This document shows, one piece after another, positions 53,910 to 64,000 of a stretch of DNA of 64,000 nt; within the stretch, counting starts at the first letter, position 1, and every line of letters begins with the position of its first letter. This DNA comes from Myxococcota bacterium. GTDB taxonomy: Bacteria > Myxococcota_A > SURF-8. The stretch covers positions 832,001-896,000 of the forward strand of contig OZ223209.1 in assembly GCA_965140415.1 (NCBI GenBank), written 5' to 3'. The position numbers and the translations under genes were made by a program. Under the pieces are notes generated by a model. That model did no database searches and was not told where the DNA came from. It worked only from the letters and a program-made list of their open reading frames with translations.

Positions 53910-54497
53910 GTTTAAATCCCTCGCCTTTAGGCGAAACCTTGAGGTTTTTCAATTGAGCGTGATAATGTCTTTGTCATGGAGAAATATCGCACCAGTTCGC
54001 ATTCGCGTTTCGACCTGAAGTATCACTTTGTTTGGATAACGAAGTATCGGAAACCCATTCTTTCCGGCGCGGTAGGCAAGCGACTAAGGGATTTGGTAAT
54101 TGAAGTTTGCAAGGCGAATGAGATCGAAATACTGCAAGGGCATGTAGCCAAAGATCACGTTCATCTGTTCGTGTCGTGTCCTCCGAATTTGTCTCCAAGC
54201 AAGATCATGCAGAAGATCAAAGGAAAATCGTCACGGAAACTGATGATGGAGTTCAAGCACGTGCAAAAAGCTTTCTGGGGTCGTCATTTGTGGGCGCGAG
54301 GCTACTTTGTTGCGAGCAGCGGTAATGTGACGGATGAGACGATTCAGGAATATATCCGATTGCAGGAAGAAGGGGAACCGCCGGACGGTGGAGCCAATTT
54401 CAGAGTTGAGGGCGAAGATGCGTGACGACTTGAGTCGTCACGCCGTTGAACGACCACCCATAAATCCTTCGCCTTTAGGCGAAGGTAGTTTAATTCA
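53910..54497 (+). mobile_element. IS200/IS605-family element, tnpA only; exact ends approximate
   Basis: Directly repeated subterminal hairpins TAAATCC(C/T)TCGCCTTTAGGCGAA at 53913 and 54461 flanking tnpA. Confidence 0.88.
53976..54425 (+). CDS. tnpA: IS200 HUH (Y1) transposase
   Basis: YHFVWITKYR, DHVHL, KGKSSR, LWARGYF and EYIRLQ motifs. Confidence 0.95.
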   Translation: MEKYRTSSHSRFDLKYHFVWITKYRKPILSGAVGKRLRDLVIEVCKANEIEILQGHVAKDHVHLFVSCPPNLSPSKIMQKIKGKSSRKLMMEFKHVQKAFWGRHLWARGYFVASSGNVTDETIQEYIRLQEEGEPPDGGANFRVEGEDA

Positions 54498-55146
54498 CAA
54501 TAAAAGCAAATATATCCAGCCTGTTATGAGTAACGTGTCAGGATTGGGGCCAGGTGCTTAAACTTTTAGTGTTGGAGAACAAGTCTCCAGCAATAAAAGA
54601 GATTTGTGAGCATACAACACGCTGTTACCGGTCTTGATGTAATCTCTCCATTTCCCGATCTTCAGAAAGAATAAGAATTACATGTACAAGTTAGTGCGAT
54701 TCAAACAAAGGGTTGGAATTTATGATCCATCCACAACCTAAAATCGTTGTCTCTTGCAATATTGTGAATTGTTTGTATGATTAGAAAGGGGTTGCTGTTT
54801 TATTTCGGCGGTTGAATGAGACTGTTATTCTGAAGTGAATCGGAAGAATCCTAAGTGATTTCTTCAAAGTTTTTGATTCTTTGCCAAAGCGTGGAATGAC
54901 GGTTGTTTCGTGCGAGGAAAAGCAATTTGCAACCCGGTATATATTTTAGGGACTGTTCCATCCTTTTCTGTGTCGTGTGGTAGAAGTAAGTAGTTCACAG
55001 CTAACAAATTCAGAAGTGTCAGGGAAGTGAAACCGAATTCAGCTTTCGAGCGGTTGGTTTCTTCTATCGAAGCTGAAGTACAGTAACTGGTCTCTGGTAG
55101 TTGTTTTTCGGCGAATGATCGAATCTACTGTGGGAAAGGATAGCCC

Positions 55147-58100
55147 GTGATTCGTCTGGATGAAGCTTCAATCTACCGAAAACTGGGAATTAAAAAAGCC
55201 TTTGTTTTTATCCTGCTCTTTCTGTCATTTTGTATGATCCCAACTGCTGCACAGGCAGAATCCAAGAACATCTTGATTTTGCATTCCTATCACAAAGGTC
55301 TTTCCTGGACGGACAGCCTGTCCAGTGGTTTGGCCGAAGGTCTGTCCGAAAGATCGGATTTGGTCATTCACAACGAATACCTGGACTCCAAGCGCTATCC
55401 ACAAGTCGATCAAATGGAAACGATGGCTCGTTTTCTTAAATCCAAATACCGGGACATTCGTATCGATATCCTGGTTCTGGTCGACAATAATGCATTGACG
55501 TTTATATTGGAGCGGCGTTCCACACTTTTCCCGAACGTACCGATTGTTTTTGCCGGTATCAATGGTTTTTCTGACGGCATGATTGCCGGTCAGAAAAATA
55601 TAACAGGGGTACTGGATGAAACGGAAGGTTTGGAAACCCTAAAAATCGCTTTGCAGTTACACCCACAAGCGAAAGCGATTCATGTTATCCACGATCGAAC
55701 CGTCACCGCTCTTTTGGAACGCAAGCGACTTCAGAATCAACTCGCCGAATCTCCGCTGGACAAGCCGATTCGTTATTATAGCAACATGGACACTTCTGCC
55801 CTGTTGCAAGAGGTCAAGCGAATTCCAGCATCGGATATCGTTCTTCTCATTGCCTGGAACCGAGATAAACTTGGGCACTATTATGATTATGAAGCAAGCT
55901 CGGAATTGATAACCAAGGCAAGCCAGGCCCCGGTTTTTGCTCTTTGGGACTTCTATTTAAATTATGGTGTCGTCGGCGGAAAGATGGTTCACGCCAGAAC
56001 TCAGGGGCTATCAGCCGCCAAGCTTATCCTACGAGTTTTGGAGGGACAATCCGCCTCTTCCCTGCCGATTATTCGGGATAACCAAAATCGCTTGCTGTTT
56101 GATTTCAGACAACTCCTCCTGTTTGGCATTGATAAAAAGCTGCTTCCAAAAGGCAGCATGGTTTTGTTCGATCCCATGGACTATGACCCGACGAAAATGC
56201 AGGATCATCCGTCTACCTACCGAATCGGCGTACTGGCCAATCGGGGCGAAACCGATTGTCTGAAACGATGGCATGCTACTGCGGACTATTTATCCAGGAA
56301 CATCAAAAACTCACATTTCAAGATCGTTCCTTTGGATTTTGACGATTTACTCACTGCGGTAAAGGATCGTACGATTGACTTTGTTTTAACGAATCCCGTT
56401 CATTATATCGAACTGGAATATGAATACGGCATTCGACGTATCACAACCATCGTCAGTCAAATGGGGGACACACAAACCGTCTTTTTTGGTGGAGTGATTT
56501 TCACCCGGTCGGATATGGCCAATCTTTTTGAACTTAAAGATTTAGTCGGGAAACAATTTGCAGCTGTAGATGCCTCCTCCCTGGGAGGATGGCTTGCGGC
56601 AAAAGTTGAATTGAAGCAAAACGGCATCGATGCAGAAAAAGACTTTAAGACTTTATCCTTCGGCGGTTCACATTATGCAGTAGTGAATGCCGTACTTGGC
56701 GGGGAGGCGGATGCGGGTACCGTCCGAACGGACACGCTGGAACGTATGGCGAAAGTTGGCAAGATTCAAATGTCGGACATACGCGTCCTAAATCCTAAAA
56801 GCCACATGACATTTCCATTTGTTCATTCTACAGCACTTTATCCGGAATGGCCGTTTGCCGCACTTTCACATGTTCCACTAAAGATCATGTCCCTTGTTGC
56901 TGCCGCACTGATGAATATCGATAGCAACGACAAAGCCGCGACAGATGCCCAAATTGCAGGTTGGACTGCACCATTGCATTACGAGAGCGTAAGCTCATTA
57001 CTTAGGAATGTCCGCTATGGACCATTTCGCGATTATGGCAAAGTCTCGATGTGGGAGGTGATCAAGCAAAATTGGTTAGCCGGAGTGTTTGCGATTGCCT
57101 TGTTGATGATTCTTCTTGTTTTCTCGATTCGCTTGACCATTTCGAATCGAAATCTGATGCATACCACGGATGAATTGAAGACAAGCCGTGAGCAGTTCAT
57201 GCTTGCGGTAAATGGATCGCAAGATGGAATCTGGGATTTGGATCTTCGTACAGATGTCTTGTTTCTTTCCAGCAAATGGAAAGAGATGCTTGGGTATCGC
57301 GACGACGAATTGGCCAATCTGTATAAATCCTTACTTGATAATATTCATCCGGATGACATAAAGCCCTTTAACGAAAATCTGGATGACTATCTAAGAGGAA
57401 AAAAAGATCGATATTCCATTGAATTTCGGATGAAGCACAAAGATGGTCACTATGTGGACATTCACTCGCGCGGAGAGGCGATTCGCGACGAAGAGGGACG
57501 CCCATATCGAATGGCAGGGTCGCATACGGACATCTCCGAGCGTAAAAAGGCAGAAAAGGCGCTTGAGGAAAATGAAGCCCGCCTTGCCGCCATTACCAAT
57601 GCCGCTCAAGATGCCATTATCATGATCGATACCGATGGGAACGTCGCCTTTTGGAATCCATCTGCGGAAAGTATTCTGGGTTACAGAGCAGAGGAAATGA
57701 TCGGTAAGAATTTTCATGAAATCATCGCGCCCAAGAAATACCTTGCGGCTCACCATTCTGCATTTCAAAAATTCAAGAAGTCCGGTCAAGGAGATGCAGT
57801 AGGAAAAACACTGGAACTGGAAGCCATTCGGAATGATGGAAAGGAAATCTCCGTTTCGTTATCGCTTTCATCCGTGTTGATTGAAGACCAATGGCATGCA
57901 ATCGGCCTAATTCGGGATATTTCGGATCAGAAGCGCGCTCAAGCGCAATTGTTAGAGACGAATCGCCAATTGGAAAACGCCAATATTGAGGCCCATGAAT
58001 TGGCAATGAAAGCTGAAGTGGCCAATACGGCAAAGAGCCAGTTCCTTGCGAACATGAGCCACGAAATCCGTACACCAATGAATGCCGTTGTGGGTATGGC

Positions 58101-59997
58101 GGACTTGTTACTGGATATGGATCTTTCGCAACGGCAGCAGGAATACGTTTCGGTAATCGCGAAAAGCGCGGATTCGCTTTTAAGCCTGATCAATGACATC
58201 CTGGATTACTCCAAAATCGAGGCCGATCGGCTGGACATCGAAGAAATCGAATTCAACTTGAGAACCTTGGTAGAGGATATTAGTGATATTGTTGCCATTA
58301 GAGCCTATGAGAAGCGGCTGGAATTTGTTAGCTTCCTGCCGCCAGAAGTTCCAACCCGATTGATTGGAGATCCTGGGCGACTTCGGCAGATTCTTACAAA
58401 TCTGGCCAACAATGCGGTAAAATTCACGAATGAGGGAGAGGTCTCCATTCATGTTCGTGCGGTAGAACAAAACGATCCAAATGTCCTGCTTCGGTTTGAC
58501 ATTCGCGATACCGGCATTGGCCTGTCTCTCTCGGAAAAGGAAAAGTTGTTCCAGCCGTTTACTCAGGCGGATTCTTCTACCACGCGACGTTTTGGTGGGA
58601 CGGGGCTTGGTCTTTCGATCTCCAAGCGGTTATCCGAATTGATGGGAGGAGAAATCGGGGTGGATAGCCAACCTGGCCATGGCTCAACGTTCTGGTTTAC
58701 CGTGCGCATGAAAATGCAAGCGGATCAGCCTCCTGATAAAATGGAACAACTTCCAGGCGACATTCGATCGGTTCGTATTCTCGGAGTTGACGACAACGAT
58801 TCCAATCGTATGGTGCTACAAGCGATGCTGGAATCCTGGGATTGTCGATTTGAGATCGTAGAAAACGGTACAGAAGCGCTGCGTCGTTTGGAAGAAGCTC
58901 AACTGAAAAACGATCCTTATGGGATCGTCTTGCTGGACATGGCAATGCCCGATGTGGATGGCGCGGAGATCGGAAGAACTATTCGCAATTCCACGAATAT
59001 GGGAAATCCCATCCTCGTAATGTTGACTTCAGTGGGGCGCAAAGGGGATGCTGCGATATTGAAAGACATCGGATTCAATGCGTACCTTACCAAACCCATT
59101 AAGCGCTCCCAGTTGTTTGATTGCCTAGTGACAGCTATCAGTGAAAACAATATAGATGGAAAACAGCCAAAGACAGACAAACTCATCACGCGGCATTCTT
59201 TGGCCGAAAAGAAAACGTATGAGATGAAGGCGCTGTTGGTGGAGGATAACCCATTCAATCAAATGGTTGCACAGGAAATTCTTGGGAAAATGGGGTTCAC
59301 TGTGTCTACAGCGGATAATGGGAAGATCGCGGTCGAACGACTTTGCAACAACCGTTTCGATTTAGTATTCATGGATATGCAAATGCCGGAAATGGATGGG
59401 CTGGAAGCAACTCGTCTGATCCGTTCGGAGGCTTCCTCTGTTCTGCAACATGATATTCCAATTATCGCGATGACCGCCAATGCAATGAAAGGCGATAGGG
59501 AAGCTTGCATGGAAGCTGGCATGGATGACTATCTCTCCAAACCGATTAATAAAGGAGAGCTTAAGCATATTATCAATAAAGTCATAGAGAAAACGAAACG
59601 GGCCCACAAGCAGCCTAATGGATTAAACCAAGAGAATACCTCTCTGGTAGAAGATTCGTTGTTTGACGAAAGTGCTTTGTTGGAGCGTTTAAGTGGGGAT
59701 GAGGAATTGATGCGAACAATCTTGACGGCTTTTGTTGAAGATGTGGGCGCTCAGATTCAGAAATTGAAAGATCTATTCGAAACGACTGATTTGGTAGCGA
59801 TTAAACGCCAGGCTCATTCGATCAAAGGTGCCGCCGGCAATGCAGGTGCGATGGCGCTCTACGAAATGGCACTGAAAATCGAAAATTACATGAAGGATGG
59901 CGACAGCGATAAAGCCTATGAATCTTTTAATGGGCTGACAAATGAATTCGAACTTGTGGTTCACCTTTTAGAAAAGAAAGGCTGGATCAATGCTTGA
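55147..59997 (+). CDS. Hybrid sensor kinase: two periplasmic binding-protein domains, TM, 2 PAS, HisKA, HATPase, 2 REC, Hpt
   Basis: [12 protein letters not shown]-type sensor; PhnD-like domain ([20 protein letters not shown]); [25 protein letters not shown] and [14 protein letters not shown]. Confidence 0.92.
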   Translation: MIRLDEASIYRKLGIKKAFVFILLFLSFCMIPTAAQAESKNILILHSYHKGLSWTDSLSSGLAEGLSERSDLVIHNEYLDSKRYPQVDQMETMARFLKSKYRDIRIDILVLVDNNALTFILERRSTLFPNVPIVFAGINGFSDGMIAGQKNITGVLDETEGLETLKIALQLHPQAKAIHVIHDRTVTALLERKRLQNQLAESPLDKPIRYYSNMDTSALLQEVKRIPASDIVLLIAWNRDKLGHYYDYEASSELITKASQAPVFALWDFYLNYGVVGGKMVHARTQGLSAAKLILRVLEGQSASSLPIIRDNQNRLLFDFRQLLLFGIDKKLLPKGSMVLFDPMDYDPTKMQDHPSTYRIGVLANRGETDCLKRWHATADYLSRNIKNSHFKIVPLDFDDLLTAVKDRTIDFVLTNPVHYIELEYEYGIRRITTIVSQMGDTQTVFFGGVIFTRSDMANLFELKDLVGKQFAAVDASSLGGWLAAKVELKQNGIDAEKDFKTLSFGGSHYAVVNAVLGGEADAGTVRTDTLERMAKVGKIQMSDIRVLNPKSHMTFPFVHSTALYPEWPFAALSHVPLKIMSLVAAALMNIDSNDKAATDAQIAGWTAPLHYESVSSLLRNVRYGPFRDYGKVSMWEVIKQNWLAGVFAIALLMILLVFSIRLTISNRNLMHTTDELKTSREQFMLAVNGSQDGIWDLDLRTDVLFLSSKWKEMLGYRDDELANLYKSLLDNIHPDDIKPFNENLDDYLRGKKDRYSIEFRMKHKDGHYVDIHSRGEAIRDEEGRPYRMAGSHTDISERKKAEKALEENEARLAAITNAAQDAIIMIDTDGNVAFWNPSAESILGYRAEEMIGKNFHEIIAPKKYLAAHHSAFQKFKKSGQGDAVGKTLELEAIRNDGKEISVSLSLSSVLIEDQWHAIGLIRDISDQKRAQAQLLETNRQLENANIEAHELAMKAEVANTAKSQFLANMSHEIRTPMNAVVGMADLLLDMDLSQRQQEYVSVIAKSADSLLSLINDILDYSKIEADRLDIEEIEFNLRTLVEDISDIVAIRAYEKRLEFVSFLPPEVPTRLIGDPGRLRQILTNLANNAVKFTNEGEVSIHVRAVEQNDPNVLLRFDIRDTGIGLSLSEKEKLFQPFTQADSSTTRRFGGTGLGLSISKRLSELMGGEIGVDSQPGHGSTFWFTVRMKMQADQPPDKMEQLPGDIRSVRILGVDDNDSNRMVLQAMLESWDCRFEIVENGTEALRRLEEAQLKNDPYGIVLLDMAMPDVDGAEIGRTIRNSTNMGNPILVMLTSVGRKGDAAILKDIGFNAYLTKPIKRSQLFDCLVTAISENNIDGKQPKTDKLITRHSLAEKKTYEMKALLVEDNPFNQMVAQEILGKMGFTVSTADNGKIAVERLCNNRFDLVFMDMQMPEMDGLEATRLIRSEASSVLQHDIPIIAMTANAMKGDREACMEAGMDDYLSKPINKGELKHIINKVIEKTKRAHKQPNGLNQENTSLVEDSLFDESALLERLSGDEELMRTILTAFVEDVGAQIQKLKDLFETTDLVAIKRQAHSIKGAAGNAGAMALYEMALKIENYMKDGDSDKAYESFNGLTNEFELVVHLLEKKGWINA

Positions 59998-60934
59998 CAA
60001 CAAAGCAGATCGATTGGAAATCGTCATAGCGGAAGATGACCTCACGTCTCGTATGGTCATGGAAGGATTCGTCGCCAAACTGGGTTACAAAGCGCTTCTG
60101 GCTGAAAACGGCATGCAGGCTTTGCAGATATTGCAGCAACCCGATGCCCCGATGCTGGCGTTGATCGACTGGGAAATGCCGGAAATGGACGGCTTGGAAG
60201 TGATCAAGACACTTCGTTCCGACAATGATGATTTGTTTCGATATTTGATTATGTTGACAGGTAAAAGCGCCCGAGATGAAATCATCGAAGGCATCAGGCA
60301 AGGTGCGGATGATTACATTACCAAGCCATTTGACAGCAAGGAACTGGAAGTTCGCATTCGTGCCGGGCAGCGGATAGTCGATCTGCAAAGGCAACTGCTC
60401 GATGCCAATAGAAAACTTGATGAATTGGCACAAACGGATGAGCTTACCGGTTTTTACAATCGTCTTGCCTTGCATCGCAATTTAAAGCGTCAATTTGAAG
60501 AGACGGAGTATTCTCCACCTCCTGCCACTTTCATTATGGTCGATATCGATCATTTTAAAAGGGTTAATGACAATTTCGGTCATGATGCCGGGGATGCTGT
60601 CTTGAAGCAATTCTCCAAGCGGGTAAAGAAACTTCTTCGCATAGGAGACATCGTTTGCCGAATGGGCGGGGAAGAGTTTTTGATCATTGCCCCCGAAACC
60701 GATGAAACAATGGGAGAAAAGGTTGCACAGCGTGTGCTCCTTACTACAGGTGAAACTCCATATGAGCTTTCCGATGGACAGCGAATTACTGTAACCTGTA
60801 GTCTGGGCGTTTATACGGCTAGTGTCAGTCACACTAATGAGAATTTCGATGAACAGATCAAGAAGGCAGATGCTGCTTTATATCAATCGAAAGAAAACGG
60901 TCGAAATCGTGTAACCGTGTATCAGGAATCTTAA
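59990..60934 (+). CDS. REC-GGDEF diguanylate cyclase response regulator
   Basis: AEDD..DWEMP..KPF receiver; DIDHFKRVNDNFGHDAGD; RIGD I-site; GGEEF active site. Confidence 0.93.
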   Translation: MLDNKADRLEIVIAEDDLTSRMVMEGFVAKLGYKALLAENGMQALQILQQPDAPMLALIDWEMPEMDGLEVIKTLRSDNDDLFRYLIMLTGKSARDEIIEGIRQGADDYITKPFDSKELEVRIRAGQRIVDLQRQLLDANRKLDELAQTDELTGFYNRLALHRNLKRQFEETEYSPPPATFIMVDIDHFKRVNDNFGHDAGDAVLKQFSKRVKKLLRIGDIVCRMGGEEFLIIAPETDETMGEKVAQRVLLTTGETPYELSDGQRITVTCSLGVYTASVSHTNENFDEQIKKADAALYQSKENGRNRVTVYQES

Positions 60935-60948
60935 GTTCGGAAAGTACT

Positions 60949-63900
60949 ATGTCAGTAACCAATGAGGTCAAGGCACATATTGTCATTGTAAATGATACTC
61001 CCTTCCAGCTAAGAATGATGCGTTCCATTCTTGAAAAGGAAGGGTATGCCGTCGATTGCTTCGAAAGCGCAGAAGAAGCGCTTGCGCAAATGACGAAGCC
61101 AAGTGACAACGTACCGCATTTGATCGTCACGGATCTCCATATGCCTGGTATCGATGGCTGGCGCTTTTGCCGATTGTTGCGCTCGCCGGAATATAGGCAT
61201 TTAAACGAAGTTCCGATTCTTATTAATTCGGCTACATTCGCCGGAGAAGATACGAAGACGATTTCCGATCAAGCTGGAGCAAACGCTTTTCTGGGATCTC
61301 CCTATAAGGCTGACGATCTGCTACGCTTCGTTCGGGAACTTATTTCTGGAGGAACGCCGTTTATCAAGTCTCGGTTACTGATCGTGGAAGACAGTAAATC
61401 GCTGGCGAACAATCTAGGGCGTGTGTTGAATGAAGTCGGTTTCGATATTCAAGTCGCTTATGATGGAGACAGCGCTCGTAAAATGTTCAAGGCTCACAAG
61501 CCGGAAACGGTGATACTGGATCATCACCTTCCAGATTCCACTGGTATGCAACTGTTGCAGGAATTCGAAGTTGTCAATCCGTTGGCGGTATATATCATGG
61601 TTACGGGGGATGAAGAACCGGAACTGGCGGTACAAGCCATGAAACTGGGGGCCAGCGCCTTCGTTCGCAAGCCCTGTTCTCACGATTACCTGATTGAGAT
61701 CATACGCAAGGCACATCGGGAAAACAGCCTGTTGGCAGTAGAACGTTTACTAGAAAAACGTACCCAGACTTTATTGGAACAAGAACGCAGGCACAAAGCT
61801 GCCATGGATGCCGCTCACGAAGGCTTTTGCATTTCAGTCGATGCACAACTTCGCTACGTTAATCCCGCGTTTTCACAAATGATAGGCCACCCAATTGAGC
61901 AAGTGATCGGTACAAGTCTATTCGATTATGTGGAGGAAGGGGACCGGGCTGAATTAATGGAAGTCTATCGTTCCTACCAGCGCGGAGATAGGTCGATCAA
62001 ATTACAGCGAGTTCGCTTGAAGACAAACCAGAACGACCATTGTCTTGTCGAAGCATCCGGCAGCCGAATTTATTATGAAGGTGAGCAAGCGCTTTTATGC
62101 GTCGTACGGGACATAACCGAGACTCATCGAATGCGCCAGGAAATGGAACATTCTCTGCGCGAAAACGAGCAACGCTTTCGCTTGGCGGCGGAAAGCAGTT
62201 CGGATGTGGTTTATGAATGGAATTATCAAACCGGGAAACTTTCCTGGTTCGGTGATTTACAGAAACTTCTGAATATAGAAAAGCTACCTGAAAGGATAGA
62301 AGAGTTATCCGGATTCATCCACCCTGAAGATCGAGAAAGGATAATCAGTACAACGAGAGCAGGTATTGCAAACCATACTCGCTGGCAAGAAGAATACCGT
62401 ATCATCGATGGCACAGGAGCTATTCGCTATTGGTATGCAACCGGGAAAGGATTTTATTCGTCGTCGGGAGACATGCAACTTGTTATCGGTAGCGTACAAG
62501 ACATTACGGAAAGGAAACGGATAGAAGAGGATCTCCGTTTCAAATCTCTGGTACTCGATCAGATTACGGATCATGTTACAGTTACCGACTTAAATGGCAT
62601 CATCACGTATGTCAATCAAGCTCAATTAGAGCTTTTTGGAAAATCCGAAGAACAGATGATCGGACAATCCATCCATAGTTTCGGAGAAGATCCGAATTGT
62701 GGCGCGACTCAACGAGAAATTGTCGACCAAACCAAACAAAACGGCCACTGGCGCGGCGAAGTGGTTAATTACTCCAATGATGGAGAAGCGCACATTATGG
62801 ATTGCCGTACACAGTTGGTTCATGACAAACAAGGCAGACCGATCGCGCTTTGCGGAATTGCGACCGATATTACGGAAAGTAGGAAAATCACATCTGCTTT
62901 ACAGGAAAGCGAAAGTCGTTATAGGCTGGTTGCCGAGAATGCCAGCGATAATATCTGGATTCTCTCGCTGGAATCGATGTGTTTCACCTATATCAGTCCA
63001 TCCATTGAAAAACTTTTCGGCCATTCCATTGAGTATGCAATTGAAACCCCATTAGAAGGGCACATGACGCCGGAATCATATGAAATCATTGTAAATGCCC
63101 TGGCGGAAGAGTTGGCCAGGGACAACGATCTTACCTTGGAGCGGGATCGCTCTCGCGTGTTTGAGTTGGAACAGTACGTTCATGATGGAGGAACGATCTG
63201 GACGGAGGTGACGGCATCCTTTGTTCGAGATGACGACGGGAATCCTATCAGTGTGTTGGGCATTACTCGAGACATCAGTGACCGGAAGCGCGCTCAGGAT
63301 GCCCTGAGTCAAAGCGAACAGAAATTCCGATCCATTGCCGAGCAATCCTCGGATTTGATTGCCCTGCTCGGTCAGGAGGGACAAATCCTATATGCTTCTC
63401 CAATCTCCACAAGTATGTTTGGGATTGAACCGGAAGACATGATTGGACTGCACTATAGTCTGTTTTTGCTGGACCAGGATATTGCATTGGCGGCTGCCGC
63501 TTTAGAAGACACAATTCTTAAGCGCCAAAGAATCAAGAGTTTGGAACTTAGGATGAAGCGAAAGGACGGTAGTTCCTTTTTCGGAGAGGTCAATAGTTCT
63601 CCGCATAAAACAGGCGATCAAATTGGATCGCTCATCATGATTCGGGACATCAGTGAACGCAAAGCTGCGGAGAAGGAGAGGGAACGTCTGGAACAACAGC
63701 TAATGCAGTCGCTGAAAATGGAAGCGATCGGGCGCCTTGCCGGCGGCGTCGCCCATGACTTCAATAATCTCCTTACCGGGATATCCGGTCATGCTTCTCT
63801 GGCGATGATGAGCTATTCCGACATACCGGATCTTATGGACTCATTACAGGAAATTAGCGAAGCGACCAATCGAGCAGCGGGATTGACGCGCCAACTTCTG

Positions 63901-64000
63901 GCCTTTAGCCGAAAGCAGATTCTGGAACCTAAAGTGATCAGTATCAATCGACTGATCGAAGACTTGCTGAAAATGCTGGTTCGTTTGATTGGAGAAGATA
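60949..64000 (+). CDS. Cytoplasmic kinase REC-REC-5xPAS-HisKA, 3'-truncated and absent from the ORF track
   Basis: Manual translation from ATG 60949 (MSVTNEVKAHIVIVND..TDLHMP) stays open to the window end; five PAS ends (DITE x3, DISD, DISE); EAIGRLAGGVAHDFNN at 63721. Confidence 0.9.
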   Translation, partial: MSVTNEVKAHIVIVNDTPFQLRMMRSILEKEGYAVDCFESAEEALAQMTKPSDNVPHLIVTDLHMPGIDGWRFCRLLRSPEYRHLNEVPILINSATFAGEDTKTISDQAGANAFLGSPYKADDLLRFVRELISGGTPFIKSRLLIVEDSKSLANNLGRVLNEVGFDIQVAYDGDSARKMFKAHKPETVILDHHLPDSTGMQLLQEFEVVNPLAVYIMVTGDEEPELAVQAMKLGASAFVRKPCSHDYLIEIIRKAHRENSLLAVERLLEKRTQTLLEQERRHKAAMDAAHEGFCISVDAQLRYVNPAFSQMIGHPIEQVIGTSLFDYVEEGDRAELMEVYRSYQRGDRSIKLQRVRLKTNQNDHCLVEASGSRIYYEGEQALLCVVRDITETHRMRQEMEHSLRENEQRFRLAAESSSDVVYEWNYQTGKLSWFGDLQKLLNIEKLPERIEELSGFIHPEDRERIISTTRAGIANHTRWQEEYRIIDGTGAIRYWYATGKGFYSSSGDMQLVIGSVQDITERKRIEEDLRFKSLVLDQITDHVTVTDLNGIITYVNQAQLELFGKSEEQMIGQSIHSFGEDPNCGATQREIVDQTKQNGHWRGEVVNYSNDGEAHIMDCRTQLVHDKQGRPIALCGIATDITESRKITSALQESESRYRLVAENASDNIWILSLESMCFTYISPSIEKLFGHSIEYAIETPLEGHMTPESYEIIVNALAEELARDNDLTLERDRSRVFELEQYVHDGGTIWTEVTASFVRDDDGNPISVLGITRDISDRKRAQDALSQSEQKFRSIAEQSSDLIALLGQEGQILYASPISTSMFGIEPEDMIGLHYSLFLLDQDIALAAAALEDTILKRQRIKSLELRMKRKDGSSFFGEVNSSPHKTGDQIGSLIMIRDISERKAAEKERERLEQQLMQSLKMEAIGRLAGGVAHDFNNLLTGISGHASLAMMSYSDIPDLMDSLQEISEATNRAAGLTRQLLAFSRKQILEPKVISINRLIEDLLKMLVRLIGED

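Noticed and set aside
53976-54425. TnpA as the RAYT mobilising the REPs
   Set aside because: It has canonical IS200 motifs and its own, different end hairpins.
54425-55146. tnpB/omega RNA or c-di-GMP riboswitch
   Set aside because: The right-end hairpin follows tnpA directly with no tnpB ORF, and no riboswitch consensus was recognisable. Only a generic hairpin lies near 55038-55077.

Overview
64 kb of bacterial chromosome, probably from a Myxococcota/Deltaproteobacteria-like lineage (inferred from a MYXO-CTERM-like motif, a split atp operon with atpF'/atpF and a YlxR-L7Ae fusion). Housekeeping blocks are an XPB helicase module, an MlaE/F/D lipid-transport operon, the F0F1 ATP synthase in two divergent clusters, a CCA-type tRNA nucleotidyltransferase and rimP-nusA-ylxR-infB-rbfA-DHH. 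The best candidate for an undescribed system is a four-gene exopolysaccharide operon at 37.7-46.3 kb: wecB, a TPR/beta-barrel porin, an NfrB-type GT2 synthase with about 8 MshEN c-di-GMP motifs, and a BcsB-like co-polymerase. It looks like a hybrid of the phage-N4 glycan receptor (Nfr) and cellulose (Bcs) architectures. Also notable: (i) a 1679-aa protein with an internal MYXO-CTERM-like motif plus a second lipobox (possible polyprotein), downstream of the MCE operon; (ii) a ~186-bp four-way-junction MITE-like family that brackets an rrf2-DUF1848 pair and is nested in another repeat; (iii) several REP-like families; (iv) an IS200 element bordering a more AT-rich kinase/diguanylate cyclase region. 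No rRNA, tRNA or CRISPR array was recognised. All family calls come from reading motifs by eye; no searches were run.
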